A stretch of DNA of 64,000 nt, taken from positions 5,816-69,815 of IMG/VR virus record IMGVR_UViG_3300042010_000012; one strand, given 5' to 3'. Under the pieces are notes generated by a model. That model saw only the letters and a list, made by a program, of their open reading frames with translations, searched no databases and was not told where the DNA came from. A program made the translations under genes and the position numbers. This stretch comes from a virus. Shown piece after piece: positions 10,101 to 19,007 of this stretch (within the stretch, counting starts at the first letter, position 1; the number at the start of each line of letters is the position of its first letter).

Positions 10101-12066
10101 TCGGCAGAGACTCACCAGCCAGAAGTTCGATGTTCGAGACACCGTAATATTCGGACGTGATGTTAGTGTTCAGCTTGTAACGCGAGGTCTTGTCGACACC
10201 GTTTTCAACAACCGAAACGATCTTGTAGACGTCAGCCTTATCGAGTTGAACCTTACGGTTTACCATCGAACCAGCAGTCTTGGTCACAGAAGCAACAGTC
10301 TTGGTCTTGGTCTTCTGCACCGCTTGCTGTTTGATCACCTCAACGTTGATAGTGATTGGCAGCGAAGCAGCACCCGCACCCAACGCGATAGTCAGCGACG
10401 AACCAACAGGCACACCACCAAGAGTCGAGATAGTAGCAATCTCACGAGTTACAGCAGCACCAGCAGGCTTGTACGACGCCACACTGTTGACGGCAGTCGG
10501 CGCAGCAAAGCTTTCGTTAGTGCCAGCAGACAACACAACAGTACCAGACGAATCTGAAGTCGCAGTGTATTGACGAATGACCGAGAACGAAGTATCACTA
10601 ACACCACCTGGCGCCAGGGTCTTGACAACGTTCACAGGCAGAGTGTAAGTCAGGCCGTGGTTGACAGAGTTGACCAGTTCAGGAACAGTCAACAAGTTAG
10701 CAGTGAACGCAACAGTACCAGCAGCATACACGGACTTGGCAGTCGCGATGAAGCTTGTGTCGTTAGTGCCAGCAGCCGAGCGCACGTTGAACAGATACAC
10801 CAGCAACTGACCAGCAGTTGTGCCAAGCGCAGAGTAACGCACGCTAGCAGTACCAAGCACAGTACCAGGAGGAACTGCACCAGGAGTCACAGAGACACCT
10901 GAGTAGAAAGTGATTGTCTGGAATGAATTGCTCACTGGCAGAACGTTGTGCCCTGTAACAGCAATGTAATTGCCGACTGGTACAGTCAATGCAGTGTTGT
11001 TCAAGTGACCAGTAGCACGCGCCTTATCGACATCGATATAGCGGGTTGCAAAGTTCTCGACTTCATAGCCACGAACGTATGCTTTACCAGGTTCAACACC
11101 CACAACAAACTTGGCTTCATCACCAACTGGAGCATCGAACAGACCACCGTTGCTGTTTGCATTGAGGTGTTCACGCAGGCGCAGGTTGAAAGCGGTTACA
11201 GTGTAGTCACCCGATTCATCATAAGTGCGGCGGGCCATAGTGTCAGCCAGAACGCTGTAAGTCGATGTGGTCGTTTTCTTGCGCTCAACGCCTTCTTCAA
11301 ACTGACCAAGTTCAATGAACGTCGAGCGGTCGAACACTTCGTTCAGACCATATACTTCGAGTGCAAGGACTTTCTTCAGTCGGTCAGCACCGATTGCGTT
11401 CTTGTTGCCGACGTCAACCAAAGTATCATCAGCAGTCCAGTCAACAATAGATTCAGTCAGGCGGAAGCCGACAACCGAAGATGGTTGGCTGGTGTACTTG
11501 CCAAGCACGATGCGTTGAGCGTCAGTACGAATGAAGTCGCCGTTGAAGTAGAAGATGCCAGCGTTGATTGTGAATACGGAACCTTGACCAGTAGTAATCG
11601 CTGTCGCTTGGGCAAAGTCAGTTTCACCAGAGTAGGACAGGGTCAGGGTCTCGCCATCAGCAAAGCGCGATTCACCAGCAGTACCACTCGAATCGTACTT
11701 GAGGTAGAATGTGACTGGATCAGTCAGAGTATCAGGAACGTGCTGAACGACGGTCGCAATGACGCCCGTAGAGTCACCTTCGACAGTTACAGTATTCGAT
11801 GATAGGATTTCGGAGATTTCAGCGTAATCGACGTTGGTGAGCGTGACATACTCATAGGCATAGTCGTAGTTGCTTTCACCGTTCGCGACCATTGAGCCGT
11901 TTTCGAAGATGTGCGAACCGAACCGTTCGATTTGTTTTTGAAACATTGTCTGCAACTGATTCAGCTCACGGACTTGAACGCCAACGCGAGGCTTGAACAA
12001 TACCTTGTGGTAGTTCTTAGTCTCATCGTAATCGTCGAAGTATGGAGCAAATGTTGTATTGACCAT
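7147..12066 (-). CDS. giant virion structural protein (1639 aa), likely fibrous or decoration protein
   Basis: Single uninterrupted ORF. N-terminus is YHKVLFKPRVGVQVRELNQLQ. Long T/S/G/V-rich segments include TTTTTQNVVTTSSSTITNQ. An exact TATAAATA sits about 37 nt upstream. All + strand ORFs inside are shadows. Confidence 0.6.
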   Translation of the reverse strand: MVNTTFAPYFDDYDETKNYHKVLFKPRVGVQVRELNQLQTMFQKQIERFGSHIFENGSMVANGESNYDYAYEYVTLTNVDYAEISEILSSNTVTVEGDSTGVIATVVQHVPDTLTDPVTFYLKYDSSGTAGESRFADGETLTLSYSGETDFAQATAITTGQGSVFTINAGIFYFNGDFIRTDAQRIVLGKYTSQPSSVVGFRLTESIVDWTADDTLVDVGNKNAIGADRLKKVLALEVYGLNEVFDRSTFIELGQFEEGVERKKTTTSTYSVLADTMARRTYDESGDYTVTAFNLRLREHLNANSNGGLFDAPVGDEAKFVVGVEPGKAYVRGYEVENFATRYIDVDKARATGHLNNTALTVPVGNYIAVTGHNVLPVSNSFQTITFYSGVSVTPGAVPPGTVLGTASVRYSALGTTAGQLLVYLFNVRSAAGTNDTSFIATAKSVYAAGTVAFTANLLTVPELVNSVNHGLTYTLPVNVVKTLAPGGVSDTSFSVIRQYTATSDSSGTVVLSAGTNESFAAPTAVNSVASYKPAGAAVTREIATISTLGGVPVGSSLTIALGAGAASLPITINVEVIKQQAVQKTKTKTVASVTKTAGSMVNRKVQLDKADVYKIVSVVENGVDKTSRYKLNTNITSEYYGVSNIELLAGESLPTNDLVIDFEYYLHGAGDYFNVDSYSTVAYPSIPVDAANNSATSMADMIDFRPRFNDAGTAFTGTGASFVEVPAPYTLFRCDLDQYLPRVDKVYVDSKGTFGVIKGVPAINPAEPNAPDNTMTLYKLIVPAYTKSVTDIQSVFINNRRYTMRDIGKLEDRIASIEYYTSLSLLETETNSMQITDPSTGLNRFKNGFVTDGFSDYSVANSTVAEFNCNIDSSIMSPGIGVDFVGLTLDPAYSTGAVQTGSLITLPYTERVFLSQLLASDALNINPYAVYRWNGTLTLTPSSDVWYDSTIIDRNNVSQTVGNWSSTAPSVVYTMHNGANTWTTTNPNDSARRHSRVGSSTTTTTQNVVTTSSSTITNQVGTSDIPYMRSREVAFSAQGLMPFSRVYAFFDDVNVTAHCKQGVQAYGAPMYVNSLGNISGTFLIPNTTALRFRTGTKQFTLIDNANNVRETSLSYTGASYTAKGTLNLLSQTVVTTTNISQVSSSVVKPWDPLAQSFFVEKSGGVFVTSIEVFFKTKDTVMPVSIQIRDMEAGVPGKNIVPYSTVSMNPSQVNVSTNGTVSTKFVMESPVYLADGNEYCFVLMSNSNNYNAFIATMGRPSLVGNVAISKQPAVGVLFKSQNNSTWSEDQLSDMKFKINTAKFSTDSVFSAGLKMGYPDRVTLVANPMKSTAASNTITLEIPNHGMFVGSKFVIEGVDVGPGIPLGELNAQQTVFSVIDPDHLTFKTTTNATTSGSFGGAVVTSGKSMAMAALQPIIENLTFDQTEIVWTYRGTTGQSTDGTETPYQQAAALNITPGANNLLAVPHVVPNSANDSLLTAPAGIVTAGLVSFVDNISPVIDMNRAGIIGIVNRINNPTTVTETAATGGNAYARYLTKVIGLANAANALKLFVDVNQPQGSNFLVFYRTGNTEQEVNDKVWAAMPAVSTKTSTDPMIFNEFQYAKDALTLFSFYQFKIVMTSNSSCNVPMAKRLRGLALGT

Positions 12067-12102
12067 ATTATGTGTTCTCTTAAAGAAAGGCTCTATAGGT
12101 CT

Positions 12103-12110
12103 TATTTATA
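12103..12110 (-). promoter_or_regulatory. T4-type late promoter TATAAATA for the 1639-aa gene
   Basis: + strand tatttata = TATAAATA on the - strand. Lies about 37 nt upstream of the ATG at 12066, immediately after a terminator hairpin. Confidence 0.55.
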
Positions 12111-12135
12111 CCAAAATGCGCCAAAGGATGGCGCA
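12111..12135 (-). terminator. rho-independent terminator after the 437-aa gene
   Basis: The - strand reads TGCGCCATCCTTTGGCGCA followed by TTTTGG. Confidence 0.55.
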
Positions 12136-12160
12136 CTTGATATCAACTCACCACACGGGA

Positions 12161-13474
12161 TCAAAATCCTATGATGAATCTTACCTCTTCCGTTTGCGTA
12201 TCGTTGCGCGCAATCACTTCACGGTTGGAGATGTACATGAACTCACCAGTACGGGTCACAACGTCGTCAGCCGAAGCAACAGTGCTAACGAGTACCAAGT
12301 TCGTGTTGTTTACAACTCGCTCAATTGCCGCTGATACACCATCACTGCTAATTGTTTCGGACTGAATAAACGCACCAACTACAGTGTCGATCCAAAGTGT
12401 CCGTTCATTGTCGTCAACGAGACGAATAACCCCAGTTGCCCCTGTTGTGTCCCCTGTGACAGTCTCGCCAGCTTTAAAGCCGTTAGTTGATGCAACTGTG
12501 ATCTTAGAGCCTTGTTCGGTGCTCAACGGCTTGTACAGGAGCCCAGCTTGACGGAAGGTCGTAGTTGGGAACGCGCCACCTTCAGCACCATTCAAGGTCA
12601 TTTTGATCATCTTGTTCACGCCACCAAGTTCAAGCTTGGCATCTTTACCGTGACCACCAACTGGTGCAATGATCGCCACTGAGGTGCAGCCATTACCTGA
12701 ACCAATGTTGGTCAGTGTGACAGTTGCGGTCGTGTAGTTCAGCCCTGGGTTCGTGATCAAGATGCGCGTGATTGCCCCTGAGATCGGGTGTACATCAGCT
12801 TGCGCAGTTGCACCTGTACCGTCACCAGTGATGACCACAGTAGGTGGAATAGCAGGGTTGTAGCTTGCGCCACTGGTCTTAACCACGATGTCATGAATAC
12901 CACCGTCAATCGCGTTCTCCTGCACTTGCCATTGCGATGAACCATCGTTCGCAATAATCGTGTAGACAGGCATCCAGTCTTGCGTCAAGAAGCTGAACAC
13001 GTCGGTCGAACGGATGGTGTACATGTACTTCCAGATGTAACCGTCGGGTGTTTTGAACTCGGTGATTTGCTGCGACGTAGGCTTGTTGACTGACGCCGCG
13101 CCATTGTTGTTCGACAGACACTTGTAGACGTTGAACTCATCAGTCAACGCGTAATAGCGATAACGGGTGCCGTTACTCTTACGATCATCGACCATGTTCA
13201 AGGTATCGTCGAACGCATCGTACACCGAGTTTGATGTCCAGTTGATGCGCTGAATCACCGACGTCATTGTGTCGGCAGTAACACGCTTAACGGCCAACAT
13301 GTTTTTGTAGAGCTGAGTCAAGTCCTTTGTTGATTCGGTAGGAATATCAGGCAGTTCTTCGTCAGCCCATGAAGTGTCCTTACCGATGAACAGGTACGTT
13401 GGCTGTTCAGCGATTCGTTTGGCGAACGTCTCCGAATTCAAGATCCGGAGTGAGTTTGAAATAATACTTGACAT
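12161..13474 (-). CDS. hypothetical virion structural protein (baseplate- or fibre-associated)
   Basis: 437 aa in the late block between the giant protein and the fibre/Tfa module. Glycine/threonine-rich C-terminal half. No confident family match. Confidence 0.45.
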   Translation of the reverse strand: MSSIISNSLRILNSETFAKRIAEQPTYLFIGKDTSWADEELPDIPTESTKDLTQLYKNMLAVKRVTADTMTSVIQRINWTSNSVYDAFDDTLNMVDDRKSNGTRYRYYALTDEFNVYKCLSNNNGAASVNKPTSQQITEFKTPDGYIWKYMYTIRSTDVFSFLTQDWMPVYTIIANDGSSQWQVQENAIDGGIHDIVVKTSGASYNPAIPPTVVITGDGTGATAQADVHPISGAITRILITNPGLNYTTATVTLTNIGSGNGCTSVAIIAPVGGHGKDAKLELGGVNKMIKMTLNGAEGGAFPTTTFRQAGLLYKPLSTEQGSKITVASTNGFKAGETVTGDTTGATGVIRLVDDNERTLWIDTVVGAFIQSETISSDGVSAAIERVVNNTNLVLVSTVASADDVVTRTGEFMYISNREVIARNDTQTEEVRFIIGF

Positions 13475-13519
13475 GTTTATTCCTGATTAGGTGTCAGAGT
13501 GCGATAACACTATTTAATG

Positions 13520-13864
13520 CTACGCATCTGGAGCTACTGGAGCTACCAGAGGGAAGCTCTCTGTAGAAGGCCAGTCGCGAAGGCTTACACGATATGCGCG
13601 CCATGCTTTCTGAGTACCAATGTTAGTCTCACCGTCTTGGACCCTGTTCAACATTACATCGGCACGCGAAAGTTCATCATCACGGAACTTGCGAGCGAGT
13701 GCCGAACTCTGAGCTAGAACATCCGCATCGGACAGTTCTGGCTCAGGAGTATTACCCCCCTCAAGCCACTCCAAGTATTTGACGTAGTGTCTATTACCTA
13801 ATGCGGCAGGGATGTACAATCCTTCCGCAAGATGAATGACACCATCTCCTTGAATCTTATACAT
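13520..13864 (-). CDS. tail fibre assembly chaperone (lambda Tfa-like)
   Basis: 114 aa. N-terminal MYKIQGDGVIHL...YLEWLEGGNTPEPE and C-terminal AWRAYRVSLRDWPSTESFP resemble lambda Tfa (AWKKYRVLLNRVD...EWPAVP). Immediately downstream of a fibre gene. Confidence 0.7.
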   Translation of the reverse strand: MYKIQGDGVIHLAEGLYIPAALGNRHYVKYLEWLEGGNTPEPELSDADVLAQSSALARKFRDDELSRADVMLNRVQDGETNIGTQKAWRAYRVSLRDWPSTESFPLVAPVAPDA

Positions 13865-13881
13865 ATGTTATTCTCCTGTGA

Positions 13882-15123
13882 TTATAGTTCAGCGTCTAAT
13901 GTGACAGTACCAACGGCGTAGACAACGTTCCCGACTGCCGAGTTTGAATAGTTAACTCGGATAGTGTTAATACTTTCACAAGAGACACTAGATGTTGCAA
14001 GGTTAGTGCTTGAAACTCCAGAAATCCCAACTGTAGCAATTTCTCGCATATTAACTGGAAGAAGGTGTCTACCAACATAACCAGTGTTAGCAAACCCTGC
14101 ATAATCTACATAATAGAACGCATTATCAAATTTGGTGTAGTAGCGTTTACAGTTGTTAAGTTGGGTTGTGAAATTTAAACGTTCAAAGGCTGTAGCAGAT
14201 GTTCCAAGTTCGACTTGCACATCAGTCATTTCAATGAAGTTTCCGTTTGTAGCGCCCCAGTTTGTAGCGGTATCTGCGGCGAGCAATACACTATTTTGCC
14301 ACACGTTCAGCGAGGACGTTTGATAAGTCCCTGTGTTCAAAGCTCCCACTACAAGCGAGAATCCGGAAAAGTTGTCGTTGGGGATTGACGCATCAGATGG
14401 GACTAGCGCAGTAATTTCCACTCTCACAGGTGTATTGGCAACCGCCGCAAAAGTTGAAACATACGACTTCGTAGATCCATCACGTAGAGCAACAGAGTAG
14501 GTCCCACTAACGTTTGTGTTAAAAACGAAGGAAGCGGTGATGTTCTTTCCGACGAAATCAAAACAGTTGACACCTTCGATCAGTTGATGCAGCCCTTGCC
14601 AGTAGTTACCACCTGTTCTACTCGCAATAGGTGTTGTAACTGTGTGACGGATAGATAGTTTTGAAGTCCCGTCATGAATCAATGTGTTTCTCGCCTGAGA
14701 AAACGCACCACCGGCAGATGCACCATTAACGGCACGGTATCTGTCAGCACCACCATAAGCAGTTACCCCTGTAGTGACAGAGACTGTCGCCTTCTGGGAA
14801 ACTTGACAATCACCATTGATGATACGGTTACGACCCATGACACCCAGCGCTGCCCGTGCTGCATCGGCAGTTGCCGCCCCTGTACCGCCCTGAGCGATAC
14901 TTAGAGCAGTAGTCAACCCCGACAACTGTGTAATGTCACTGTTCGTGCCACTCTTTGCCGCAACCATCGAACTACGAAGGGCAGCAGCATCAACGCCTGC
15001 CAACATCGCCAAGCTGAAGGGTGAAAACAGTTTGGTCTTTGTTGCGCCATCGATGACGTCTGCTGAAGTGGCCTGTTTCGACCCATCAGCATTCATCAAC
15101 GTTGTTACTTTAATTTGCGACAT
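13882..15123 (-). CDS. tail fibre protein (lambda/T7-like N-terminal GGTGAT motif)
   Basis: Contains [22 protein letters not shown], the hallmark fibre motif. Start moved to the ATG at 15123 (RBS GGAGG plus 7 nt); the track start at 15156 lies inside the upstream Tfa gene. Paralogue of 24584..25825. Confidence 0.75.
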   Translation of the reverse strand: MSQIKVTTLMNADGSKQATSADVIDGATKTKLFSPFSLAMLAGVDAAALRSSMVAAKSGTNSDITQLSGLTTALSIAQGGTGAATADAARAALGVMGRNRIINGDCQVSQKATVSVTTGVTAYGGADRYRAVNGASAGGAFSQARNTLIHDGTSKLSIRHTVTTPIASRTGGNYWQGLHQLIEGVNCFDFVGKNITASFVFNTNVSGTYSVALRDGSTKSYVSTFAAVANTPVRVEITALVPSDASIPNDNFSGFSLVVGALNTGTYQTSSLNVWQNSVLLAADTATNWGATNGNFIEMTDVQVELGTSATAFERLNFTTQLNNCKRYYTKFDNAFYYVDYAGFANTGYVGRHLLPVNMREIATVGISGVSSTNLATSSVSCESINTIRVNYSNSAVGNVVYAVGTVTLDAEL

Positions 15124-15613
15124 ACGGTACCTCCCGGGCTGGCCAGCCCTCTTCAAGCATTGAGTCTGTGTAGGTGCCGTTCGTCAGCATGTAACCAAGA
15201 ACACCCTCACGCGTGTAACACGCTTGCACGTAGTCACCTACAGCATCAGCAACGTACAAAATAAGTTCTGCTGTCAGAGAAACGAAAGAGCCGTCAAGGG
15301 TCTTCCAATCGACTGTGTAGTTAGGATCACGCGAAGCGCGAAATGCCGCTGCTGTCAATTTGTTCTGGGTGGTGCGATCGGTGTAAACAGGGATTCCACC
15401 CACAGTCATGCCTGCTACTTCAGCCTTGTAGCGGCGATCAGCTATTGCTACCCTGCGTTTGGCTGCAATATATTCATCAGAGAACTCAGGCTGAGGTGTA
15501 TTACCTTTGGCTAGCCATACTTTGTATGCCGCCCAATCACTGTTGTGCATGTCATTGGGTATGCTCGCACCATCCGCAATACGGATGACGCCATTACCAT
15601 TAATCTTGTACAT
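15110..15613 (-). CDS. tail fibre assembly chaperone (Tfa-like)
   Basis: 167 aa. [21 protein letters not shown]...[11 protein letters not shown] with C-terminal [10 protein letters not shown]. Overlaps the downstream fibre start by 14 nt. Confidence 0.7.
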   Translation of the reverse strand: MYKINGNGVIRIADGASIPNDMHNSDWAAYKVWLAKGNTPQPEFSDEYIAAKRRVAIADRRYKAEVAGMTVGGIPVYTDRTTQNKLTAAAFRASRDPNYTVDWKTLDGSFVSLTAELILYVADAVGDYVQACYTREGVLGYMLTNGTYTDSMLEEGWPAREVPYVAN

Positions 15614-15651
15614 CGTTCTCTCCTCAGTGTGAGTAAACGTTAATATTCATG

Positions 15652-16122
15652 TTAGAACCAGCGACCCTTAGCGATAAGGTGAACATCTTTTACGTTACCC
15701 GCTGCAATTGAAAGGCTGCTCCAGATACGGTAGCTCACTGTGTTTGTTGCAACTGTACGAATAAAAAGCCCCATAACCAGCGTAGCATCGTTTCGTGCTA
15801 TATTACCAGTAACCACTGGAGTCGCTATGAACACGGCAGGGAAAGTCCAAGTTAGTTCACTACCCGCTTGGAACAATGAGCCTGTTGCTGAAGTGACTGC
15901 CTGTGAAGAGCCGTCAGCTTTGAATGAACAGTCAAGTGTTCCATCTGCATATTTGGTGTATGTTCCATTAGCATTAGAACCAGTTTCAATGATTGCCCCA
16001 GTGGGTACACTTGCAGATTGGGTTACGCTCCCGACAGCCCCAGCGCCCATGGATGTTGCACCTGTACCACCCTCGGCGATACCTAAAATATTCTTTGCTT
16101 TCAAACGTGCTTTAGATGGCAT
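15652..16122 (-). CDS. short tail-fibre-like protein with GGTGAT motif
   Basis: 156 aa. KNILGIAEGGTGATSMGAGAVGSV at the N-terminus. Followed by its own Tfa gene. Confidence 0.55.
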   Translation of the reverse strand: MPSKARLKAKNILGIAEGGTGATSMGAGAVGSVTQSASVPTGAIIETGSNANGTYTKYADGTLDCSFKADGSSQAVTSATGSLFQAGSELTWTFPAVFIATPVVTGNIARNDATLVMGLFIRTVATNTVSYRIWSSLSIAAGNVKDVHLIAKGRWF

Positions 16123-16161
16123 GATTACTCCTTATGCTGCCCTTCGCCAGGCAGCTATTAA

Positions 16162-17211
16162 TTAAAGGCTGATACGCTTGATGGAGAAGTATTGGTACGG
16201 CTTAACCTCACCACCAAACAGTGCACCGAGACCGACATAGGCACACACCCATTGGCCAGCAGTCATACGCACCATAGTAGTAATACTCATCATTTGGGCT
16301 TGTGTACTACCATCATATGCTTGAGCTAAACAGGTAGTTGATGTAGGGGCGTCGTCCATAAAACCAATCAGAACCCGTGTTGGTCCTGCGTTTGTTTTCA
16401 TTGTTGTAAAGTTGATCTCATACACACCAGCTTCAGGGGCAACAAACCGCCAGTTAGTGGCATCCCAAATTGAAGCGTCAGACGTAACAACTGCTTCGGA
16501 GAACAGAATTTTGGAGTTTACCCCTGATCCGCCTGTACGGGTACGGTGACAGTAGATAGGACGAATCGCTGCGAGTGCAGCGTCTGACTCAGCTTTGGTA
16601 TAGACGTTGGCTACAGAGAATGTACCAAAAGCATAAATGCGCACCAATGCGCCAGCTTCAGCACCCGTTGCTAAGGTCAGAACACTTGAACTAGTGGCCG
16701 TATAATCAACAGTCTTTTGTAGTAACCCTTCGTTGTATGCAACTAGCGCACTGCCAGCGACATAGTTCAAAGTCAAACCATTGTTGTCTGCACCGCTGAA
16801 GACAGTCTGGTTATCGGTAGCAGTGTATTCGTATACTATCAGTGTGTTGCTAGAAGCAGCAGACATGGTCGCGACGAATGATGACAAGTCAACCCATGCA
16901 CCCGTCGCATCCTGCACCCTCACTTTAGTAGCGTGAGTGCCTACCTTGAAGATGTAGAAGATCTGGCCTGCACCAAGAATCGTGCCTGAGATAGTGACAG
17001 TGTTTGCACCAGTCCAAGTAGCAGTAACTTCGCTGAATGCACCACCCGAACTCTTGGCGATTGCGCGAATTGCGTTTGATCGATCAAACTTTGTGGTAGT
17101 GAACACAGTCTGGCCAGCGGTGGCAGTGTACACCTCAAAGTCAGTTGCATGTTCGATGACTGGGATAGGAAGAAATGACCCAATCACGCTGTCTGTTTTG
17201 ACTGTTGACAT
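16162..17211 (-). CDS. tail fibre / receptor-binding protein with C1q/TNF-like C-terminal domain
   Basis: 349 aa. Internal repeats YTATAGQTVFTT / YTATDNQTVFSG. The C-terminal FVAPEAGVYEINFTT...GQWVCAYV matches the C1q jelly-roll signature (F.AP..GvY.F). Confidence 0.55.
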   Translation of the reverse strand: MSTVKTDSVIGSFLPIPVIEHATDFEVYTATAGQTVFTTTKFDRSNAIRAIAKSSGGAFSEVTATWTGANTVTISGTILGAGQIFYIFKVGTHATKVRVQDATGAWVDLSSFVATMSAASSNTLIVYEYTATDNQTVFSGADNNGLTLNYVAGSALVAYNEGLLQKTVDYTATSSSVLTLATGAEAGALVRIYAFGTFSVANVYTKAESDAALAAIRPIYCHRTRTGGSGVNSKILFSEAVVTSDASIWDATNWRFVAPEAGVYEINFTTMKTNAGPTRVLIGFMDDAPTSTTCLAQAYDGSTQAQMMSITTMVRMTAGQWVCAYVGLGALFGGEVKPYQYFSIKRISL

Positions 17212-17243
17212 TCATCAACCCTCTATAGTATGCTATTTAAGAC

Positions 17244-17251
17244 TATTTATG
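17244..17251 (-). promoter_or_regulatory. candidate late promoter (CATAAATA) for the C1q-like fibre gene
   Basis: + strand tatttatg = CATAAATA on the - strand, about 35 nt upstream of the start at 17211. A second TAAATAG-like copy lies at about 17230. Confidence 0.35.
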
Positions 17252-17426
17252 GGTATCAAACCCAGTTCAACTTCAATAGAAATCTTCTATTATAAAACTA
17301 ATAATTCATAGAAAATTTATATTGTACTATCCTATAAAAACCAGTAAAATACGTCTCCAGACGTTGAACAAGCTGTTAATCGGTTTGAATGGATATTAAG
17401 GTTATAAAGTTTTATTTATATAATGA

Positions 17427-17455
17427 TTGACTCAAGACGTGCCATACGCTATGAT
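17427..17455 (+). promoter_or_regulatory. sigma70-type early promoter TTGACT-N17-TATGAT
   Basis: -35 TTGACT at 17427..17432, a 17-nt spacer, and -10 TATGAT at 17450..17455. Sits in an AT-rich divergent region at the start of the + strand early block. Confidence 0.55.
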
Positions 17456-17496
17456 GTGGTATATCAGAAGTGAACCAAATTGAAGAGGAGGTTGTT

Positions 17497-17718
17497 ATGA
17501 CAGTTGCAATGGCGTTAACGCTTGCTCTAACAGGCATCTGTTTCTGGATCAGCGTTGGTGGTATCGGTCTGAACCTGATTGGTCGACTGTTCTATTCACG
17601 TCTGAAGCCAAAGCGTGGCATCATGTACTGGCTGTTCTTCTTCATTATGCCGTTGGCAATGTTTTTATTCTTTGCACGCGCTTCTAAATTAGGTCTTGGC
17701 GATGGAGTCTGGTGGTGA
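17497..17718 (+). CDS. small membrane protein
   Basis: The track ORF starts with GTG at 17470. An internal ATG at 17497 is preceded by GAGGAGG. Two hydrophobic segments. Confidence 0.5.
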   Translation: MTVAMALTLALTGICFWISVGGIGLNLIGRLFYSRLKPKRGIMYWLFFFIMPLAMFLFFARASKLGLGDGVWW

Positions 17719-18197
17719 TATTCATTTTACGTGGTCCTAACTGTGTTGGTAAGGATCGATTCGCAGATGCACACTTTCAACCGAATTGCGTGCTGTCGAC
17801 CGATGACTTCAGGTTACGGTTATTCGACGACACGAGTAAACAGAACAACGCCAGTGCTATGGTCTATGAACTGATCAAAAACACGCTGGAGATGCGTTTG
17901 CGCTTCGGTTGCAATTACACTGTTATCAACTCATCGAACCTTAAGTTCCATGAGTGTGGTGACTACCTTGCGTTGGCGAAGCGATTCAAGCGAACTGTGA
18001 AGTTCATCAGCTTTGATCCGCCCTCTGTTGACGTTCTGAGGGCGCGCTATGCAAAGCGCGACATTGATGAGCATGTCGACTTTGAAAAGCAGTGTACGCG
18101 TTATTACACGCTCATGCCGCGCTTCCAAGAAGCGGCTAAGTACGATACTGGCGTGGAGTTCGTCCGTATCAACCAAGATTGGGAAATCGTCCAATGA
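17712..18197 (+). CDS. P-loop kinase (polynucleotide-kinase-like)
   Basis: 161 aa. Walker A motif ILRGPNCVGKD. GTG start with RBS GGAG. ATGA overlap with the downstream metallophosphatase. Confidence 0.5.
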   Translation: MVIFILRGPNCVGKDRFADAHFQPNCVLSTDDFRLRLFDDTSKQNNASAMVYELIKNTLEMRLRFGCNYTVINSSNLKFHECGDYLALAKRFKRTVKFISFDPPSVDVLRARYAKRDIDEHVDFEKQCTRYYTLMPRFQEAAKYDTGVEFVRINQDWEIVQ

Positions 18198-18952
18198 AAT
18201 ATAATCCTATCCAAGATCTGCTAATGAAGCATATCGTTGTCGCTGAACCTCATTGTGAGTATTACGCGATTGGTGATGTTCACGGCTGTGCAGACGAATA
18301 CAACGCTCTGGTCGACAAATGCGATCATGATGCCCGACTGTTAGGTAAGTATGCACGTATCTTTCAACTCGGTGACATGATCGACCGAGGCCCGCACTTT
18401 GCTGGCATGATCATCAATGATCCAGCCGACTACAAGGTAATGGGTAATCACGAATACAACTTTGTCCTTGAACATTACGGCTATAAGCCTTATTCGTCTC
18501 TGGCGCGCAACAAGAACCATGAAGCACTGGCACAGTTACCTAAAGACAAACAACAGTGGATTGTTGACCTGTTGATCGAACGCGAAACCTTCTACACGAT
18601 CATTCTCGATGGTCACGCGTTTGTACTGAGCCATGCGCCTATAAAAGATATCGAGAAGGGTATCGGTTTCATCTTCAGAGATGCTATCGGTAGCGTCCCT
18701 AACTATTGCATGCGCTCGACTGCTGTTGATATGGATAAACTAAGAGCGAATCACACCGACACCACGTTCGTACACGGACACCAGAAGTGGAACTATCATG
18801 ACCTTGAAAAGCAAGTTGAAGAGCAGCGCGGTTTTGATGTTGCTTCGTATAACATCGATGCCGGTTGCGTATACGGAGGGGATCTTGTCGCTCTTCGGTT
18901 ACGTGATAGTTGCGTACTTAAAGTAAAATCGAATATTAGTGTTGACAAGTAA
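18194..18952 (+). CDS. calcineurin-like metallophosphatase (PP-lambda/ApaH-like)
   Basis: Motifs GDVHGC, LGDMIDRGP, GNHEYN. Start placed at the ATG at 18194, which overlaps the kinase stop (ATGA); the track start at 18179 is TTG. Confidence 0.6.
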   Translation: MKYNPIQDLLMKHIVVAEPHCEYYAIGDVHGCADEYNALVDKCDHDARLLGKYARIFQLGDMIDRGPHFAGMIINDPADYKVMGNHEYNFVLEHYGYKPYSSLARNKNHEALAQLPKDKQQWIVDLLIERETFYTIILDGHAFVLSHAPIKDIEKGIGFIFRDAIGSVPNYCMRSTAVDMDKLRANHTDTTFVHGHQKWNYHDLEKQVEEQRGFDVASYNIDAGCVYGGDLVALRLRDSCVLKVKSNISVDK

Positions 18953-18969
18953 TTGTCACACTGTAGAAT
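18942..18969 (+). promoter_or_regulatory. sigma70-like promoter TTGACA-N16-TAGAAT upstream of gp45
   Basis: TTGACA at 18942..18947 and TAGAAT at 18964..18969. Overlaps the phosphatase stop codon and lies about 40 nt before gene 45. Confidence 0.45.
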
Positions 18970-19007
18970 GGCTAGCCTAAACACTGTGTAACTAAAACCC
19001 TTGGAGT

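Noticed and set aside
17212-17496. 285-bp AT-rich non-coding region examined for tRNA genes
   Set aside because: No cloverleaf-compatible T-loop (GTTCRANYC) or acceptor pairing was found. It is better explained as a divergent promoter region (sigma70 box at 17427 plus late boxes for the - strand).
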